Origin: a virus
Strand: one strand, 5' to 3'
Virus genome (UHGV): UHGV-0045956
DNA length: 32,333 nucleotides
The notes under the pieces are model-generated. The model was not told the DNA's origin and did not search any database. It saw nothing but the letters and a program-made list of their open reading frames with translations. A program made the position numbers and the translations under genes. Below, in pieces: positions 8,591 to 18,639 of the stretch (positions are counted from its first letter, which is position 1; every line of letters starts with the position of its first letter).

Positions 8591-10801
8591 TTATACCTGC
8601 GCCACGTTGTACCATGTCCCGTTAATGTATTTCTGAACCGGTCTGTAATATACGCCACCAATGTTATCGGCAGAGTTTGAGCCTGTATCCTGAACAATAA
8701 TGCCGGTATATACGCACCCGGACGGTGCCTGATGTGTCCATGTCATGCCATTGTTCGCAGGTTTGTATGTGGCCGCACCACCAAGCCGGAGATCCCTGAC
8801 ATAGCGGGAGTCAAAATTGCTGAAATTTGATGGTATCACCTGCCCGGTAACCCGTAGTGCATCAGACTTAAGCGTCATCAGATCTTTTGTTGTGCTGCCA
8901 GACCTGATGCGCCATTTAAAATATTCATTGCCATTATCACCAGTTTCAAACCACATGTATGAGTCAGAATCAGCATCTGAATCATTTTTAAATCCAATTT
9001 TCGCCCAGTCAGTGTTTCTTTCCCAAATCAGGAAGGCATCATTGATAAATTTTATGCTGCCTGACATGCTTCCGCCTGATAATGCCAGAGCAAGAATATC
9101 CGCAGGTGTTGGCTTTCGTGATGTGGTATAAAACTCTGACCAGTCAGCCTCAAATCCATACCCATCACGTGCCGACCTGTAAAAAATCCCCCTGTTTTTA
9201 TAATCCACAAGAAACTGCATTGCCGGACAACTTCCCTCACCCGTGTAAAAATGCAGCACCATTTTTGATGCTCCGCCATCCTGTGCACAATAAGCACCAC
9301 TATCCCAGTTCCATCCTACCGCTTTATTATTTGCAACCGTATTTCCTGTTTTCCCTAATGCAAAAGCCGGTTGCTTATTTTTCGTATTGTAGTCGCGTCG
9401 CCAGCCCGGCGCATAATCAGCTCCGTGATTGATATACGTGAATTGCGCACTGGTGGTACCACCACCGCTTGATGTACTCGGAGTGGTCACACGAATGGTC
9501 ATTGCAGCTTTAACGCCCATAACCTCAATCACGCAACCTGCAAGATGAATAGTCCCACAGTCAGTATCGGTAATAATTTTGTTATTACCGTATGACCAGG
9601 AACACTTGCACATCCAGTAGGGATGATTAAAGGCTCCCTGAGACTCTAGCCAGTCAATAAACTGAGCGGTTGTCCAGTTTCCGGCTTCAGTGCTCAAAGC
9701 ACCGCTATAAGCACGACAGGCACCGATATTTTTCGTGAAAGTATCCTTTCCCGGAATATCCGCACCGTTCTGATCTTTCTGAAGACGTTTTTCAGCATTG
9801 TCATAGGCAGACTTCACCGCTTTTGGTGTTGCAGCCAGCGTTTCAGAATCGCTGTTGATGGCGCTACTCAGCTGAACAAGGCCTTTTCGTACTGTGGTGG
9901 CGTCCTGTGCAGTGTATTTCCCGTTAGCAAGGTCATATGCTGCCTTTACCGCCTTTGGCGTTGCCGCAAGCGTTTCAGAATCACTGTTGGTGGCGCTACT
10001 GAGCTGAACAAGGCCTTTTCGCGTTGTGGTGGCGTCCTGTGCAGTGTATTTCCCGTTAGCAAGGTCATATGCTGCCTTTACCGCTTTCGGCGTTGCGGCG
10101 AGCGTTTCAGACGTGCTGTTGGTGGCACTACTGAGCTGGACAAGGCCTTTTCGCGCTATGGTGGCGTCCTGTGCGGTATATTTCCCGTTAGCAAGGTCAT
10201 ACGCGGCCTTTACCGCTTTCGGCGTTGCGGCCAGTGTTTCAGACGTGCTGTTGGTCGCACTGCTTAACTGAGTAAAACCTTTTGCGGTCAGCGAGGCGTC
10301 AGGGTGACGTCGTGACTGTTCATGTTCTGCAATTTTGTCATCAACGTAATCCTGCGTTGCTATCACCGTTGTGGTGTCAATGGTCAGCTCCACTGAGGCC
10401 ACACTGCTGACGATGATGACCATGCGGCAGGTCTGCGAACGCCCTGAGCCTTCGGCAAGGGCTGGCTTATAACTTTCGGCCATGTTCGCCACGGCAATTA
10501 GCGTTCCCGCATCATCGTACAGGCCAAGTTCACGCATCCAGAAACCGCCCACCTCCGGCGGAATAACCAGCTCTGCGATAATATAATTACTGTTTCGTTT
10601 GTCCTGGCTGATTTTGTTCAGCGCATGTCGCCAGACTTCGTGGATAAGCCCGGTCTGTCCGGCATCCGGGACAGGCAATTTACCACCGCCATCCCCGACG
10701 GCCATCGTGGTAATGTTGACCTTCCGCCCTCCCGGTGCGGTTGCCGCTGCCAGCTTTGCTGCACCGGCAGTGGTGATAACGGTTCTGAATTTTGTGCTCA
10801 T
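8591..10801 (-). CDS. H: tail fibre protein gpH (mosaic)
   Basis: 736 aa; N-terminus MSTKFRTVITTAGAAKLAAATAP… and C-terminus …KYINGTWYNVAQV typical of P2 H; internal 44-aa repeats; divergent Cys-containing middle section. Confidence 0.9.
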   Translation of the reverse strand: MSTKFRTVITTAGAAKLAAATAPGGRKVNITTMAVGDGGGKLPVPDAGQTGLIHEVWRHALNKISQDKRNSNYIIAELVIPPEVGGFWMRELGLYDDAGTLIAVANMAESYKPALAEGSGRSQTCRMVIIVSSVASVELTIDTTTVIATQDYVDDKIAEHEQSRRHPDASLTAKGFTQLSSATNSTSETLAATPKAVKAAYDLANGKYTAQDATIARKGLVQLSSATNSTSETLAATPKAVKAAYDLANGKYTAQDATTTRKGLVQLSSATNSDSETLAATPKAVKAAYDLANGKYTAQDATTVRKGLVQLSSAINSDSETLAATPKAVKSAYDNAEKRLQKDQNGADIPGKDTFTKNIGACRAYSGALSTEAGNWTTAQFIDWLESQGAFNHPYWMCKCSWSYGNNKIITDTDCGTIHLAGCVIEVMGVKAAMTIRVTTPSTSSGGGTTSAQFTYINHGADYAPGWRRDYNTKNKQPAFALGKTGNTVANNKAVGWNWDSGAYCAQDGGASKMVLHFYTGEGSCPAMQFLVDYKNRGIFYRSARDGYGFEADWSEFYTTSRKPTPADILALALSGGSMSGSIKFINDAFLIWERNTDWAKIGFKNDSDADSDSYMWFETGDNGNEYFKWRIRSGSTTKDLMTLKSDALRVTGQVIPSNFSNFDSRYVRDLRLGGAATYKPANNGMTWTHQAPSGCVYTGIIVQDTGSNSADNIGGVYYRPVQKYINGTWYNVAQV
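9795..10290. repeat. in-frame tandem repeats, 132-bp period, ~3.5 copies, inside H
   Basis: gtggtggcgtcctgtg… recurs at 9893, 10025 and 10157; encodes repeated LSSATNSTSETLAATPKAVKAAYDLANGKYTAQDAT. Confidence 0.85.
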
Positions 10802-10811
10802 TATTCCTCAC

Positions 10812-11342
10812 TTATCCGGGGTAAACCGTAATTACATCGCCGTCGTAAGCCACACCACCGGCGAACAGGTAGCCGGGAATATCCCGGGTAATGTTCAGGC
10901 CAATAAGATGACGGCTTGCAGGTTTGGCATCAGCAATAAGCCGTTCCATTTCCTGATACATTGCCTCTGTGATGCCGCTTTCCAGTACGCCAATATCAAG
11001 CCGGAAGGTGCCTGGCGGGTCACTGGTTTCCCACCACTCCGTCACGTTGATGAGATAGCCCAGCGGCTCCACCACACGCCGGATTGCACCTATAGTGCCT
11101 TTATGACAGTGGATGAAATAGGCATCGCGAATAACGGCGCGTTTTGTCGCTTCCGGCCACTTTTCATCCCACCTGTCGACCGAAAACGCCCACGCCAGCC
11201 ACGGCAGTAGATTTGCCGGACAGGTGTCCGGGTTCCACAGCTCACGAATACTGACCGGCGTTTTTTCAATTTCCGCACAGGCTTTTGCGGCGGCGACTTC
11301 AAGCGGTGATGAGCCGGTCGGCAGCAGGCGCGAATCACTCAT
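10812..11342 (-). CDS. I: baseplate assembly protein gpI
   Basis: 176 aa as in P2 I; overlaps J stop. Confidence 0.85.
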   Translation of the reverse strand: MSDSRLLPTGSSPLEVAAAKACAEIEKTPVSIRELWNPDTCPANLLPWLAWAFSVDRWDEKWPEATKRAVIRDAYFIHCHKGTIGAIRRVVEPLGYLINVTEWWETSDPPGTFRLDIGVLESGITEAMYQEMERLIADAKPASRHLIGLNITRDIPGYLFAGGVAYDGDVITVYPG

Positions 11343-12243
11343 CCGAGCCTCCGGTCACGACGCGGTATTCGGTACAGAAAGACGCCTGCGTACTGTTGAG
11401 CACGATGTCGGCCAGCGGTGCAGCCAGTTCGACACGCTGCACGCCTTCCACATGCAAAGCGGCATAAATGGCAGATAGTCGGATGTCGCGCCCCAGCCGG
11501 TGCTGTGCCGTGATATACGCTTCCAGTTTTTTCACGGCGGCAGCGCGAATGGGTTCGCTTTCGGGGCCAGGGTAAAGGTAAAGCGTGGCATTTATCTGGT
11601 ATTCAACGATGGCGGCAGACTGCACGGTCACACGGTCGGCCACCGGTCTGACGTCCTCGCCATTCAGGGCGTTGCGCACCACAGCCAGCAGGTCTTCAGA
11701 TGCCACACCGTTATTTTCACGTGACAGCACAGAGATGGTGACACAGGCCGGAGACGGACTGGTGACAGAGATATCCGCGACACGCCCGTCGGCACTGCGA
11801 CCATGATACTGATAGGCTCCCACCGACCCGGCGACGCTTAAGCCTTCAAACGCCTGCTGAATACGCAGACGATAATCGGTGTCAGACTCCATCACTGCCG
11901 GTGTCGGCGGGATGGTCGAATCATCTGCCGGGGTGATAGTCAGGCGCGTGGTGTTGTAATTGGCACCAATCACATCAAGGTCATTACCGGCGGCACAGGC
12001 CAGCATCACCGCCCGCGCAGCCTCATTCACACGCTGACGCCAGATAAGCTCACGATAAGCATTTTCCTCCAGCAGTTTGACGAGAGGCTCAGATTCCAGC
12101 GTCAGGGTACGGGCGACCGCCTCCTGCTGGTCTTCCGGGTAAAGGGAAATCAGTGTCGCCTTGCGTTCAGCGAGAATGGTTTCAAAGTCCAGCTCCTCGA
12201 CCACATCCGGTGCGGGTAGCTGGTTCAGGTCGATAATCGGCAT
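11335..12243 (-). CDS. J: baseplate protein gpJ
   Basis: 302 aa as in P2 J. Confidence 0.85.
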   Translation of the reverse strand: MPIIDLNQLPAPDVVEELDFETILAERKATLISLYPEDQQEAVARTLTLESEPLVKLLEENAYRELIWRQRVNEAARAVMLACAAGNDLDVIGANYNTTRLTITPADDSTIPPTPAVMESDTDYRLRIQQAFEGLSVAGSVGAYQYHGRSADGRVADISVTSPSPACVTISVLSRENNGVASEDLLAVVRNALNGEDVRPVADRVTVQSAAIVEYQINATLYLYPGPESEPIRAAAVKKLEAYITAQHRLGRDIRLSAIYAALHVEGVQRVELAAPLADIVLNSTQASFCTEYRVVTGGSDE

Positions 12244-12247
12244 GGTT

Positions 12248-12595
12248 TCAACTCACAGGGATGGTTAACGAAAGTGGCTGGCCGGTGTCGTTGTGCTGGC
12301 CGGTTAACGTGACCGTCATTCGCCCGTCAAAGCTGCGCGCCGTGGTGACGGATGACAGGGTGACGCGGGGTTCCCATTTCAGCACCGCCATGTAACAGGC
12401 GACCTTAATCTGCAACTCAAGCGCCGGGGTCTGCGGCTGGTCAATCATTGACGCCAGCAACGAGCCGTAATCACGACGCATCACCCGTGAGCCGACCGGT
12501 GTACGCAGGATATCGCCGATACTCTGGCTGATATGCTCAAGGTCAGTGACAGTCAGGCCATCACTGCGATTCATTCCGAGATAACGCGCTGTCAT
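12248..12595 (-). CDS. W: baseplate protein gpW
   Basis: 115 aa as in P2 W. Confidence 0.85.
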   Translation of the reverse strand: MTARYLGMNRSDGLTVTDLEHISQSIGDILRTPVGSRVMRRDYGSLLASMIDQPQTPALELQIKVACYMAVLKWEPRVTLSSVTTARSFDGRMTVTLTGQHNDTGQPLSLTIPVS

Positions 12596-13227
12596 AAAGG
12601 ACTCCCGGTTGTGCCGCCGCTGTCGCCGGGGTGTTTATGGGTATGCAGTACCTTACCGTTTGATGAGAGTTCACCGCCGGTATGTTCAATGTTGCCGCGC
12701 ATCGTCCCGCCCTTCTGCACTTCCAGCGTGCCGGTAATCAGCCTGTTGGTGCAGACCACCTCCGGTGTGTCCAGGGTGACGCGGGTTGATGCTTTCACCA
12801 TGACCACCGGCACCGTGGCAGTAACAGAATCAGAGGCCGTCACGCTGGCCGTTTTAATTCCGCTTACCGTAAGTGCACTGGTTTCGGGTTCATATTCAAT
12901 CACCGCCCCGTCAGGGAAACGGATATGCAGGGCATCAGCCGACGCAGACGGCGCAGGGTTATCGCCGGAATAAATCCCCGGCAGAACAAACGCCGTGTCA
13001 AGTTCACCGCCCACGGCCAGAATCAGCACCTGCTCCCCCACGGAAGGTGCCCACCATGTGCGCGAACGCCCGGCACGACAGGTCAGCCACTGAAGCCAGT
13101 CGGTGCACATGCCGCCGGTCTGCACACGGCAGCGACCGGCGTTAAGGTCGGTTTCGACGACAAGGCCGGTGCGAATCATGTTGCGCAGTGCGCGCGCGAG
13201 TTCCTGAATATTTGCGAGAGTGTTCAT
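12592..13227 (-). CDS. V: baseplate spike protein gpV
   Basis: 211 aa as in P2 V; overlaps W start. Confidence 0.85.
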   Translation of the reverse strand: MNTLANIQELARALRNMIRTGLVVETDLNAGRCRVQTGGMCTDWLQWLTCRAGRSRTWWAPSVGEQVLILAVGGELDTAFVLPGIYSGDNPAPSASADALHIRFPDGAVIEYEPETSALTVSGIKTASVTASDSVTATVPVVMVKASTRVTLDTPEVVCTNRLITGTLEVQKGGTMRGNIEHTGGELSSNGKVLHTHKHPGDSGGTTGSPL

Positions 13228-13293
13228 AACGGGAAGGATGCCGCGGGGTCATACCGGCGGCAATGTGACGATGAGGTGTCAGGAATGGCACAA

Positions 13294-13746
13294 CTAACGG
13301 TCGAGGTGAGCCAGGATAATCTCTTCAATCATCTGCACATCCTCACCGGTAAAGCCGAGCAGAGGACGCGCCGGATAATCAATTTTCTTACCGTCTTTCC
13401 GGTTTTCTTCCGACAGACCGAACTGATGCACACTGGCGATTTTCGGTGACTTCCCGCCGTAAAACTCCATTGATGCCTGTTCAGGGCTGGCGCGGATATG
13501 CAAAAAACGACTGGTGATAAGTTTCGCAAACATTTTTCGCTTAACGCGACCGGTCTTTTTTCTGGCGCTCTGCTGCTGGCGTGGTGCGTAGGGTGTGCCG
13601 TCCGGGGCTTTCTGTGCCATCACCCGGCGCTGCTGACTCTGCCGCAGACGTTTCGCCAGTTCGGCGCTCAGTCGCCGACGCCCTGACGGTGACAGCGATT
13701 CAATAAGTCCGGTCAGCCGGTCTTCAAAACGCTTAAACTCATTCAT
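13294..13746 (-). CDS. S: tail completion protein gpS
   Basis: 150 aa as in P2 S. Confidence 0.8.
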   Translation of the reverse strand: MNEFKRFEDRLTGLIESLSPSGRRRLSAELAKRLRQSQQRRVMAQKAPDGTPYAPRQQQSARKKTGRVKRKMFAKLITSRFLHIRASPEQASMEFYGGKSPKIASVHQFGLSEENRKDGKKIDYPARPLLGFTGEDVQMIEEIILAHLDR

Positions 13747-14206
13747 CCCACTTGCTCACCAGTTCGCCATTGATATAAAGCTCCACCGGGCGGGTGACCG
13801 GCTCCGGCGGCGGAGGTTCCGGGATATTCTTCACATGCAGTGCGCCGTCCACCTCACTGACCAGCGTGCGCTCGGTCAGCATCAGGCTGATGCTGATATC
13901 AAAGCTGCTGTCATTGTTGATGTCTGCATAAAACGTGAAGCCCTTTTTCTGACCTGCGTCGGTGGTCATGATGTCGGGCTGATTTACCCGCAGCCACGCC
14001 AGCACCGGCACGATGAGCAGGTCAAAATCACCGGTAAAGTCGGTCACAATGACATTGAGCGTGTAACGCTTTTCGAATGACAGCGACGCAGCCAGTGTGG
14101 AGGCAATACTCCCGTTATCCACGAATATCCGCAGCATATCGGGGTTAGTTTTCAGCACCGTGACGGCATCAGTCAGCGCCCTGCGCAGGCTGTCGGGTTT
14201 GAGCAT
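13739..14206 (-). CDS. R: tail completion protein gpR
   Basis: 155 aa as in P2 R. Confidence 0.8.
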   Translation of the reverse strand: MLKPDSLRRALTDAVTVLKTNPDMLRIFVDNGSIASTLAASLSFEKRYTLNVIVTDFTGDFDLLIVPVLAWLRVNQPDIMTTDAGQKKGFTFYADINNDSSFDISISLMLTERTLVSEVDGALHVKNIPEPPPPEPVTRPVELYINGELVSKWDE

Positions 14207-14459
14207 CGTTTTCGTCCTGACAGTGTTTAATCATTTTTACCTGGCTGGCACAGCGTGCCAGCGCGTTCTCAAGCTGCCGGATATCGGCACTTAAATCGCC
14301 GTTCGTCTGCGGGTCACTGCCCGGCATCGGGCAAAGGCTCACTTTCGGGCAGGCGTTGGGGACAATCACTGGCGTCAGTGCAGGCCGGACGCTGGTGCAA
14401 CCGGCGCACAGCATCAGGCAGGTCAGCGCCATACCAGCGGCGAAAATCTTCGTTTTCAT
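14169..14459 (-). CDS. lysC: outer-membrane spanin lipoprotein (LysC / Rz1-like), embedded out of frame in lysB
   Basis: Internal ATG at 14459 gives MKTKIFAAGMALTCLMLCAGC… (signal peptide plus lipobox Cys), 96 aa, inside the lysB 3' region. Confidence 0.6.
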   Translation of the reverse strand: MKTKIFAAGMALTCLMLCAGCTSVRPALTPVIVPNACPKVSLCPMPGSDPQTNGDLSADIRQLENALARCASQVKMIKHCQDENDAQTRQPAQGAD

Positions 14460-14739
14460 TGAGTAACCTCGTGATGGTTTTCTCGCGCTGTGCTTCACGC
14501 TTCGCGGCGTTCTCCAGCTCCTGACGCAGTGCCACCTGCGCCAGCTCGTTTTTGTCTGCCCTGGTGAGCGCAACATGAAGCTGATTTTTCAGCATGGTGA
14601 TGGTCGTCTGCTGCCCGCTGGCGACGTTGTTCGCCCTGTCCAGCGAGGCGCGCAGGCTGGCATTTTTGTGTTTCACCAGAAACAGACCGGCCACCGCCAG
14701 TGATAACAACACAACCAGCACAGTCATCAGCCTTGACAT
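14314..14739 (-). CDS. lysB: inner-membrane spanin LysB (Rz-like)
   Basis: 141 aa, N-terminal transmembrane helix then coiled-coil; P2 LysB length. Confidence 0.75.
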   Translation of the reverse strand: MSRLMTVLVVLLSLAVAGLFLVKHKNASLRASLDRANNVASGQQTTITMLKNQLHVALTRADKNELAQVALRQELENAAKREAQREKTITRLLNENEDFRRWYGADLPDAVRRLHQRPACTDASDCPQRLPESEPLPDAGQ

Positions 14740-15152
14740 GGTTCCCGCCCCTCAAAACGCTGACAGCAGGCCGTACGTATCAGCCGGAAGAACACCGATG
14801 CCACAAGATAAATCAGCGCGGTAAAAATCCACCCGGCAGCGACCAGCGAGATAAACGTCGCCACCACCACTACCAGAGCCACTGCCCGTCTGCGCCACGG
14901 CACCGGCTGCAAAAACAGCGACGTGACAATCTTCACGGTCAGCGATTCCGGCGGCAGCTCCCGCCCGTAGCGTTCCAGCACATACTCCGTGGCATACACG
15001 CCGACACCACCGGCAACCACACAGATAACCGTCGCCAGAATCGCCCAGGTGGCGACAAAACTGACGGCCACGCTCTGCGGGTAAATCAGGGACAGTGCCA
15101 GCATCAGCGCCAGCGACACGTTCAGCATCAGTGAAAGGGATAATTTCTTCAT
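14727..15152 (-). CDS. lysA: lysis timing membrane protein LysA
   Basis: 141 aa polytopic membrane protein after K, as in P2. Confidence 0.7.
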   Translation of the reverse strand: MKKLSLSLMLNVSLALMLALSLIYPQSVAVSFVATWAILATVICVVAGGVGVYATEYVLERYGRELPPESLTVKIVTSLFLQPVPWRRRAVALVVVVATFISLVAAGWIFTALIYLVASVFFRLIRTACCQRFEGREPCQG

Positions 15153-15166
15153 GGTGTTTACTCCGT

Positions 15167-15664
15167 TTAAGCCGGTACGCCGCCGGCGGTACGCCAGACG
15201 GTGACCAGTTTTTCCAGTGAATGCTCACGCTGACCGTAACCGGCACCCGGCAGGGACGCCCAGATATTGCGACAGCGTGAAATGGCGCGCTCAATGCGTC
15301 CCGCCCGGATGTCATCCAGTGCACCACGTTCGCGGATCAACTGAATGGCGAGCCTGTCCTGTGACAACGGACTGAAATCCGGCAGGGCAAGCTGTTTGCG
15401 GTAGTGCGGCCAGAACAGGTAAAGCTGCTGATAGCGACCGGAGGCCGTGGATTTTTCACCGCGACGGTTAAACACCTTCGCCGGTCGGCCATGCGCGAAC
15501 GGGTGGTCACTGTAGTCGGTGAATATTTCCGGCTTCCCGTCCAGTCCGGTGACTATCACGTCATAGCCCCGGTTTTTCGTCAGCGGATGATTCGCCGTCC
15601 CTTCGGACACTGCCAGCATGTCGAGAAAGGCGGCGATATTCTGATGCGTGTTAATTACCGGCAT
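15167..15664 (-). CDS. K: endolysin gpK
   Basis: 165 aa as in P2 K; follows the holin. Confidence 0.85.
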   Translation of the reverse strand: MPVINTHQNIAAFLDMLAVSEGTANHPLTKNRGYDVIVTGLDGKPEIFTDYSDHPFAHGRPAKVFNRRGEKSTASGRYQQLYLFWPHYRKQLALPDFSPLSQDRLAIQLIRERGALDDIRAGRIERAISRCRNIWASLPGAGYGQREHSLEKLVTVWRTAGGVPA

Positions 15665-15945
15665 TACTGTTTCCCCCTGCCCTTAAAGCGGCGCTGAATG
15701 GCAATCTCAATCACCTGATAACCGGCGATACCCAGCATGGAGCCGATGCCGCACACCGCAGGCAGTGACAGGTCAGGAAACTGCACCAGAACAACACCGG
15801 CAACCATCGAGACAAAACCACCGAGCAACATGCGCCCGATAAACAGACGCGGGGTGATGGGTTCACCACCGGCAAGCACCTTGCCGACAACAATCAGCAC
15901 CCCAATCATGAAAAGCGACAGGACGCTTTTTTCTTCTGCTGTCAT
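15664..15945 (-). CDS. Y: holin gpY
   Basis: 93 aa with hydrophobic helices and charged C-terminus; P2 Y length. Confidence 0.8.
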   Translation of the reverse strand: MTAEEKSVLSLFMIGVLIVVGKVLAGGEPITPRLFIGRMLLGGFVSMVAGVVLVQFPDLSLPAVCGIGSMLGIAGYQVIEIAIQRRFKGRGKQ

Positions 15946-15948
15946 GCG

Positions 15949-16152
15949 TTACTCCCACAGATTGACAGTTTCAGCCACGGGCGCGGTCTGAACGTCGGGC
16001 AGTTCGACGGCGGTGCCGTGTGGCAGCACCGCCCCCAGTTCAGCCAGTCCCGGATTTGCGGCGAGCACGGCCTCGACCACGCCCTCAGTGCGCCCGTAAT
16101 AGCGGACACAAATGGCGTCGAGCGTGTCGCCCTGTAGCGCAAAGGTCTTCAT
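15949..16152 (-). CDS. X: tail protein gpX
   Basis: Trimmed to internal ATG 16152 (MKTFALQGDT…), 67 aa as in P2 X; start overlaps L stop (TGATG). Confidence 0.7.
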   Translation of the reverse strand: MKTFALQGDTLDAICVRYYGRTEGVVEAVLAANPGLAELGAVLPHGTAVELPDVQTAPVAETVNLWE

Positions 16153-16661
16153 CAGATTTGACTCACGATGCAGCGCGGCTTGTCCTGGATGCGCGCCACT
16201 GCCCAGCGCATATCCCGCCACAGCTCATCAATGGTGCTGTCAATGCTGTCGGCCTTCTTGTCGCCTTTCGCACTGGCATCCACACCGCGATAACGTTCAT
16301 AAAGTGACGCGGTCGCCATCGCACACACGGCGCGCTCGTAGTAAAAAACTTTGATGCTTTCACCGTCGATGTCGTCCGCCGGGACGTCCGCCAGACGCGT
16401 AAAACCGGCAGCAATTTTCTGTTCGCGGTACTCGTACAGCTCCGCATTCGTCTCCGCCATGCCTGACTTGATGGCCTCACGCAGACGGGCAGGGGCGACG
16501 GTCTGCTCAAGGCGCATACGTTCCCGGACGCGCTTCGGGTCGATATCGGGAAAAAAGAACGTGTTTTTAATCACCGGCTCGTCGCCTGCCGGTTGCGGGA
16601 TAACCACCGTACCCTCACCGGACACGGGAGCCTCCTTTCGCGGAATAATCAGCGTCATCAT
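16152..16661 (-). CDS. L: head completion protein gpL
   Basis: Trimmed to ATG 16661 (MMTLIIPRK…), 169 aa as in P2 L. Confidence 0.75.
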   Translation of the reverse strand: MMTLIIPRKEAPVSGEGTVVIPQPAGDEPVIKNTFFFPDIDPKRVRERMRLEQTVAPARLREAIKSGMAETNAELYEYREQKIAAGFTRLADVPADDIDGESIKVFYYERAVCAMATASLYERYRGVDASAKGDKKADSIDSTIDELWRDMRWAVARIQDKPRCIVSQI

Positions 16662-16760
16662 GACTACCTCTGAAAAGTCGGGCGGTGGACGCCGGTGCAG
16701 TGTCAGGTGATTCACCGTCACTGACCGGCGTGCCGCCCTGGCGCGGGGCGCATTCGGTTG

Positions 16761-17504
16761 TTAACTGGCTTTCTTTTTCGGGCGTCCACGTTTTGCCGGT
16801 GTCACGCTCCGGGTCTTACGCGGAGTGCGGGTGGCCGCTTTGGGCTGCGGCTCCGGCTTCGGTTTCAGCTCCCGCTCCAGTCGTTCAATCTCTTTTTTGA
16901 CGCCTGCCTGACAGTCGAGCTGTGTCGCACGTTGCAGGTGCGCCAGCGCACCGGCGGCATCACCACCGTCACGCAGAAACAGACCGGTGATTTTGTGCAG
17001 CTTTGCGCGCACTTCATCAGGCATGTCAGCCGTGGCGGTCAGTTCGAGGGTGTCCGTCAGCAGGCGGGTATCCACAGACTCACCGGCAGCGTGGGCGCGC
17101 ATGGCCGCAAGTGCCACCTCCTCGGTGAACATGTACGGCGGGGTGCGGCGGTGTTTACCCGGCATGGTCAGACCGTACTTCAGGGCATAACGGGCAATCT
17201 CCAGCGCACCGGCAATATCGCCGGTATCCAGACGCCACAGCATGACCGTCATCAGAATGTCATCCTGTGCACCTTTGCCCTGCTCCAGCACGCCATTCAC
17301 CCACGGCAACCAGAACGGCAGCAGTTCGCGTTTTTTTGCGGCCTTCAGCTCTTTTGAATAAATCGCTTTCAGTGTGCGCTGGTCTGCGGCGAGCTTGACC
17401 AGCATCTGCTCATAGACAGTTGCATGTCGCAGCGGGGCGGCTTCCCGCTGCGCGGTCATCGCTGCCGAGACCCGCATCATGTGGCGCTGTGCGGGACTCG
17501 TCAT
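16761..17504 (-). CDS. M: terminase small subunit gpM
   Basis: 247 aa as in P2 M; basic C-terminal tail. Confidence 0.85.
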   Translation of the reverse strand: MTSPAQRHMMRVSAAMTAQREAAPLRHATVYEQMLVKLAADQRTLKAIYSKELKAAKKRELLPFWLPWVNGVLEQGKGAQDDILMTVMLWRLDTGDIAGALEIARYALKYGLTMPGKHRRTPPYMFTEEVALAAMRAHAAGESVDTRLLTDTLELTATADMPDEVRAKLHKITGLFLRDGGDAAGALAHLQRATQLDCQAGVKKEIERLERELKPKPEPQPKAATRTPRKTRSVTPAKRGRPKKKAS

Positions 17505-17507
17505 CGG

Positions 17508-18581
17508 TTACGCTCCCGGCTCTGCGGTCGCTTTAGCCGGTGTGGAAAAATCACCGACCTTAATTTTTTCCACCAGACAACCGGCGGCGTAGTCCTCCAC
17601 CACGTAATCAACGTTCATTGACTCGTAGTTCTCCACGCGGTCGAGTTTCGGGTTTTCCTCAATCACGCGGCGATGGCTGTCATCCATGTAGTAGATGGAC
17701 AGGTTTTCCAGCTTCGTGATGAGCATCGCATCCGCCGGGAAGTACGGGACGCGTACCGCCGGCAGGTTGCCGATGCGTTTCTGGCTGATGATGACGTCAG
17801 CGGCCAGCATTTCGCTGTTGTCCTGCTCCTTGTTGACGATGGGGAAATACTTGTCCGCCAGTAGCTGACGCCCCACAATCACCACAAGGTCAGGGTCTTC
17901 CTGATACCACGGCTCAATCAGGTTGTTGGTCGCATCCATCACCAGTGCATCAAGGCTGGCATAATCACCGCCCTTGCCCACGCGGATGACCTCAGAGGTG
18001 GTGTGCCCTTCCTCATCAGTGACCTTGCTCATCACGCGCGCCGGGGCTTCATTGCGGTATTTCTGCAGCCAGCCGACCGCCACATCCTGCAGCATCGGAT
18101 TACTGCTGCGGTCAGAGTTTTCGGCACGCTTCACGCCGTTAAAACCGGCCATGATGAAATCAAGGGACTGACGCTTGATAATGGCGTTACGGATACGGAG
18201 CTGGAAATCCTGATAACGCGCCCACAGGTCCAGCGTTTTGTAGCGGATATAAAAATCGAAATTAATCTGGTCGCATTCGTACTTGTTTGACGCCAGCTTC
18301 GAGAAGTCCTTCGGCTGACGCTCGGTGCCACCGGCGGTGTCGGTGGTGCTGGCGATGGAGCCGGTGACACCGATGCCAATTTTTTCCCCTTTCATTTCGC
18401 TGACCGGCACAATGTTGATGCGGGTCAGAAAGTCAGAGGACTCCTGCATGGTGTTCATCAGGGTCTGGGTGACCGACGGTTCAACGGTGAATTTTTTCGA
18501 CACATCACCGGCGTCGATGCCGTTCAGTTCGGCAACACGGGACAGATAGGCATTAAATTTAAAACGGGTTTCCTGGCGCAT
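17508..18581 (-). CDS. N: major capsid protein gpN
   Basis: 357 aa as in P2 N; between O and M. Confidence 0.9.
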   Translation of the reverse strand: MRQETRFKFNAYLSRVAELNGIDAGDVSKKFTVEPSVTQTLMNTMQESSDFLTRINIVPVSEMKGEKIGIGVTGSIASTTDTAGGTERQPKDFSKLASNKYECDQINFDFYIRYKTLDLWARYQDFQLRIRNAIIKRQSLDFIMAGFNGVKRAENSDRSSNPMLQDVAVGWLQKYRNEAPARVMSKVTDEEGHTTSEVIRVGKGGDYASLDALVMDATNNLIEPWYQEDPDLVVIVGRQLLADKYFPIVNKEQDNSEMLAADVIISQKRIGNLPAVRVPYFPADAMLITKLENLSIYYMDDSHRRVIEENPKLDRVENYESMNVDYVVEDYAAGCLVEKIKVGDFSTPAKATAEPGA

Positions 18582-18639
18582 ATTTGTTCCTGAAATTAAG
18601 GGTTAATCGTGAAGGTTTTCCCGGACTGACTAACGCCGG

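Noticed and set aside
10026-10271. 81-aa + strand ORF with an internally duplicated sequence; possible repeat array or CRISPR
   Set aside because: It is the reverse-frame reading of the in-frame 132-bp tandem repeats of H; there are no unique spacers and no CRISPR architecture.
16758-17357. 199-aa + strand ORF opposite terminase small subunit M
   Set aside because: Fully overlapped by the conserved M gene on the other strand; no ribosome-binding site or operon context.
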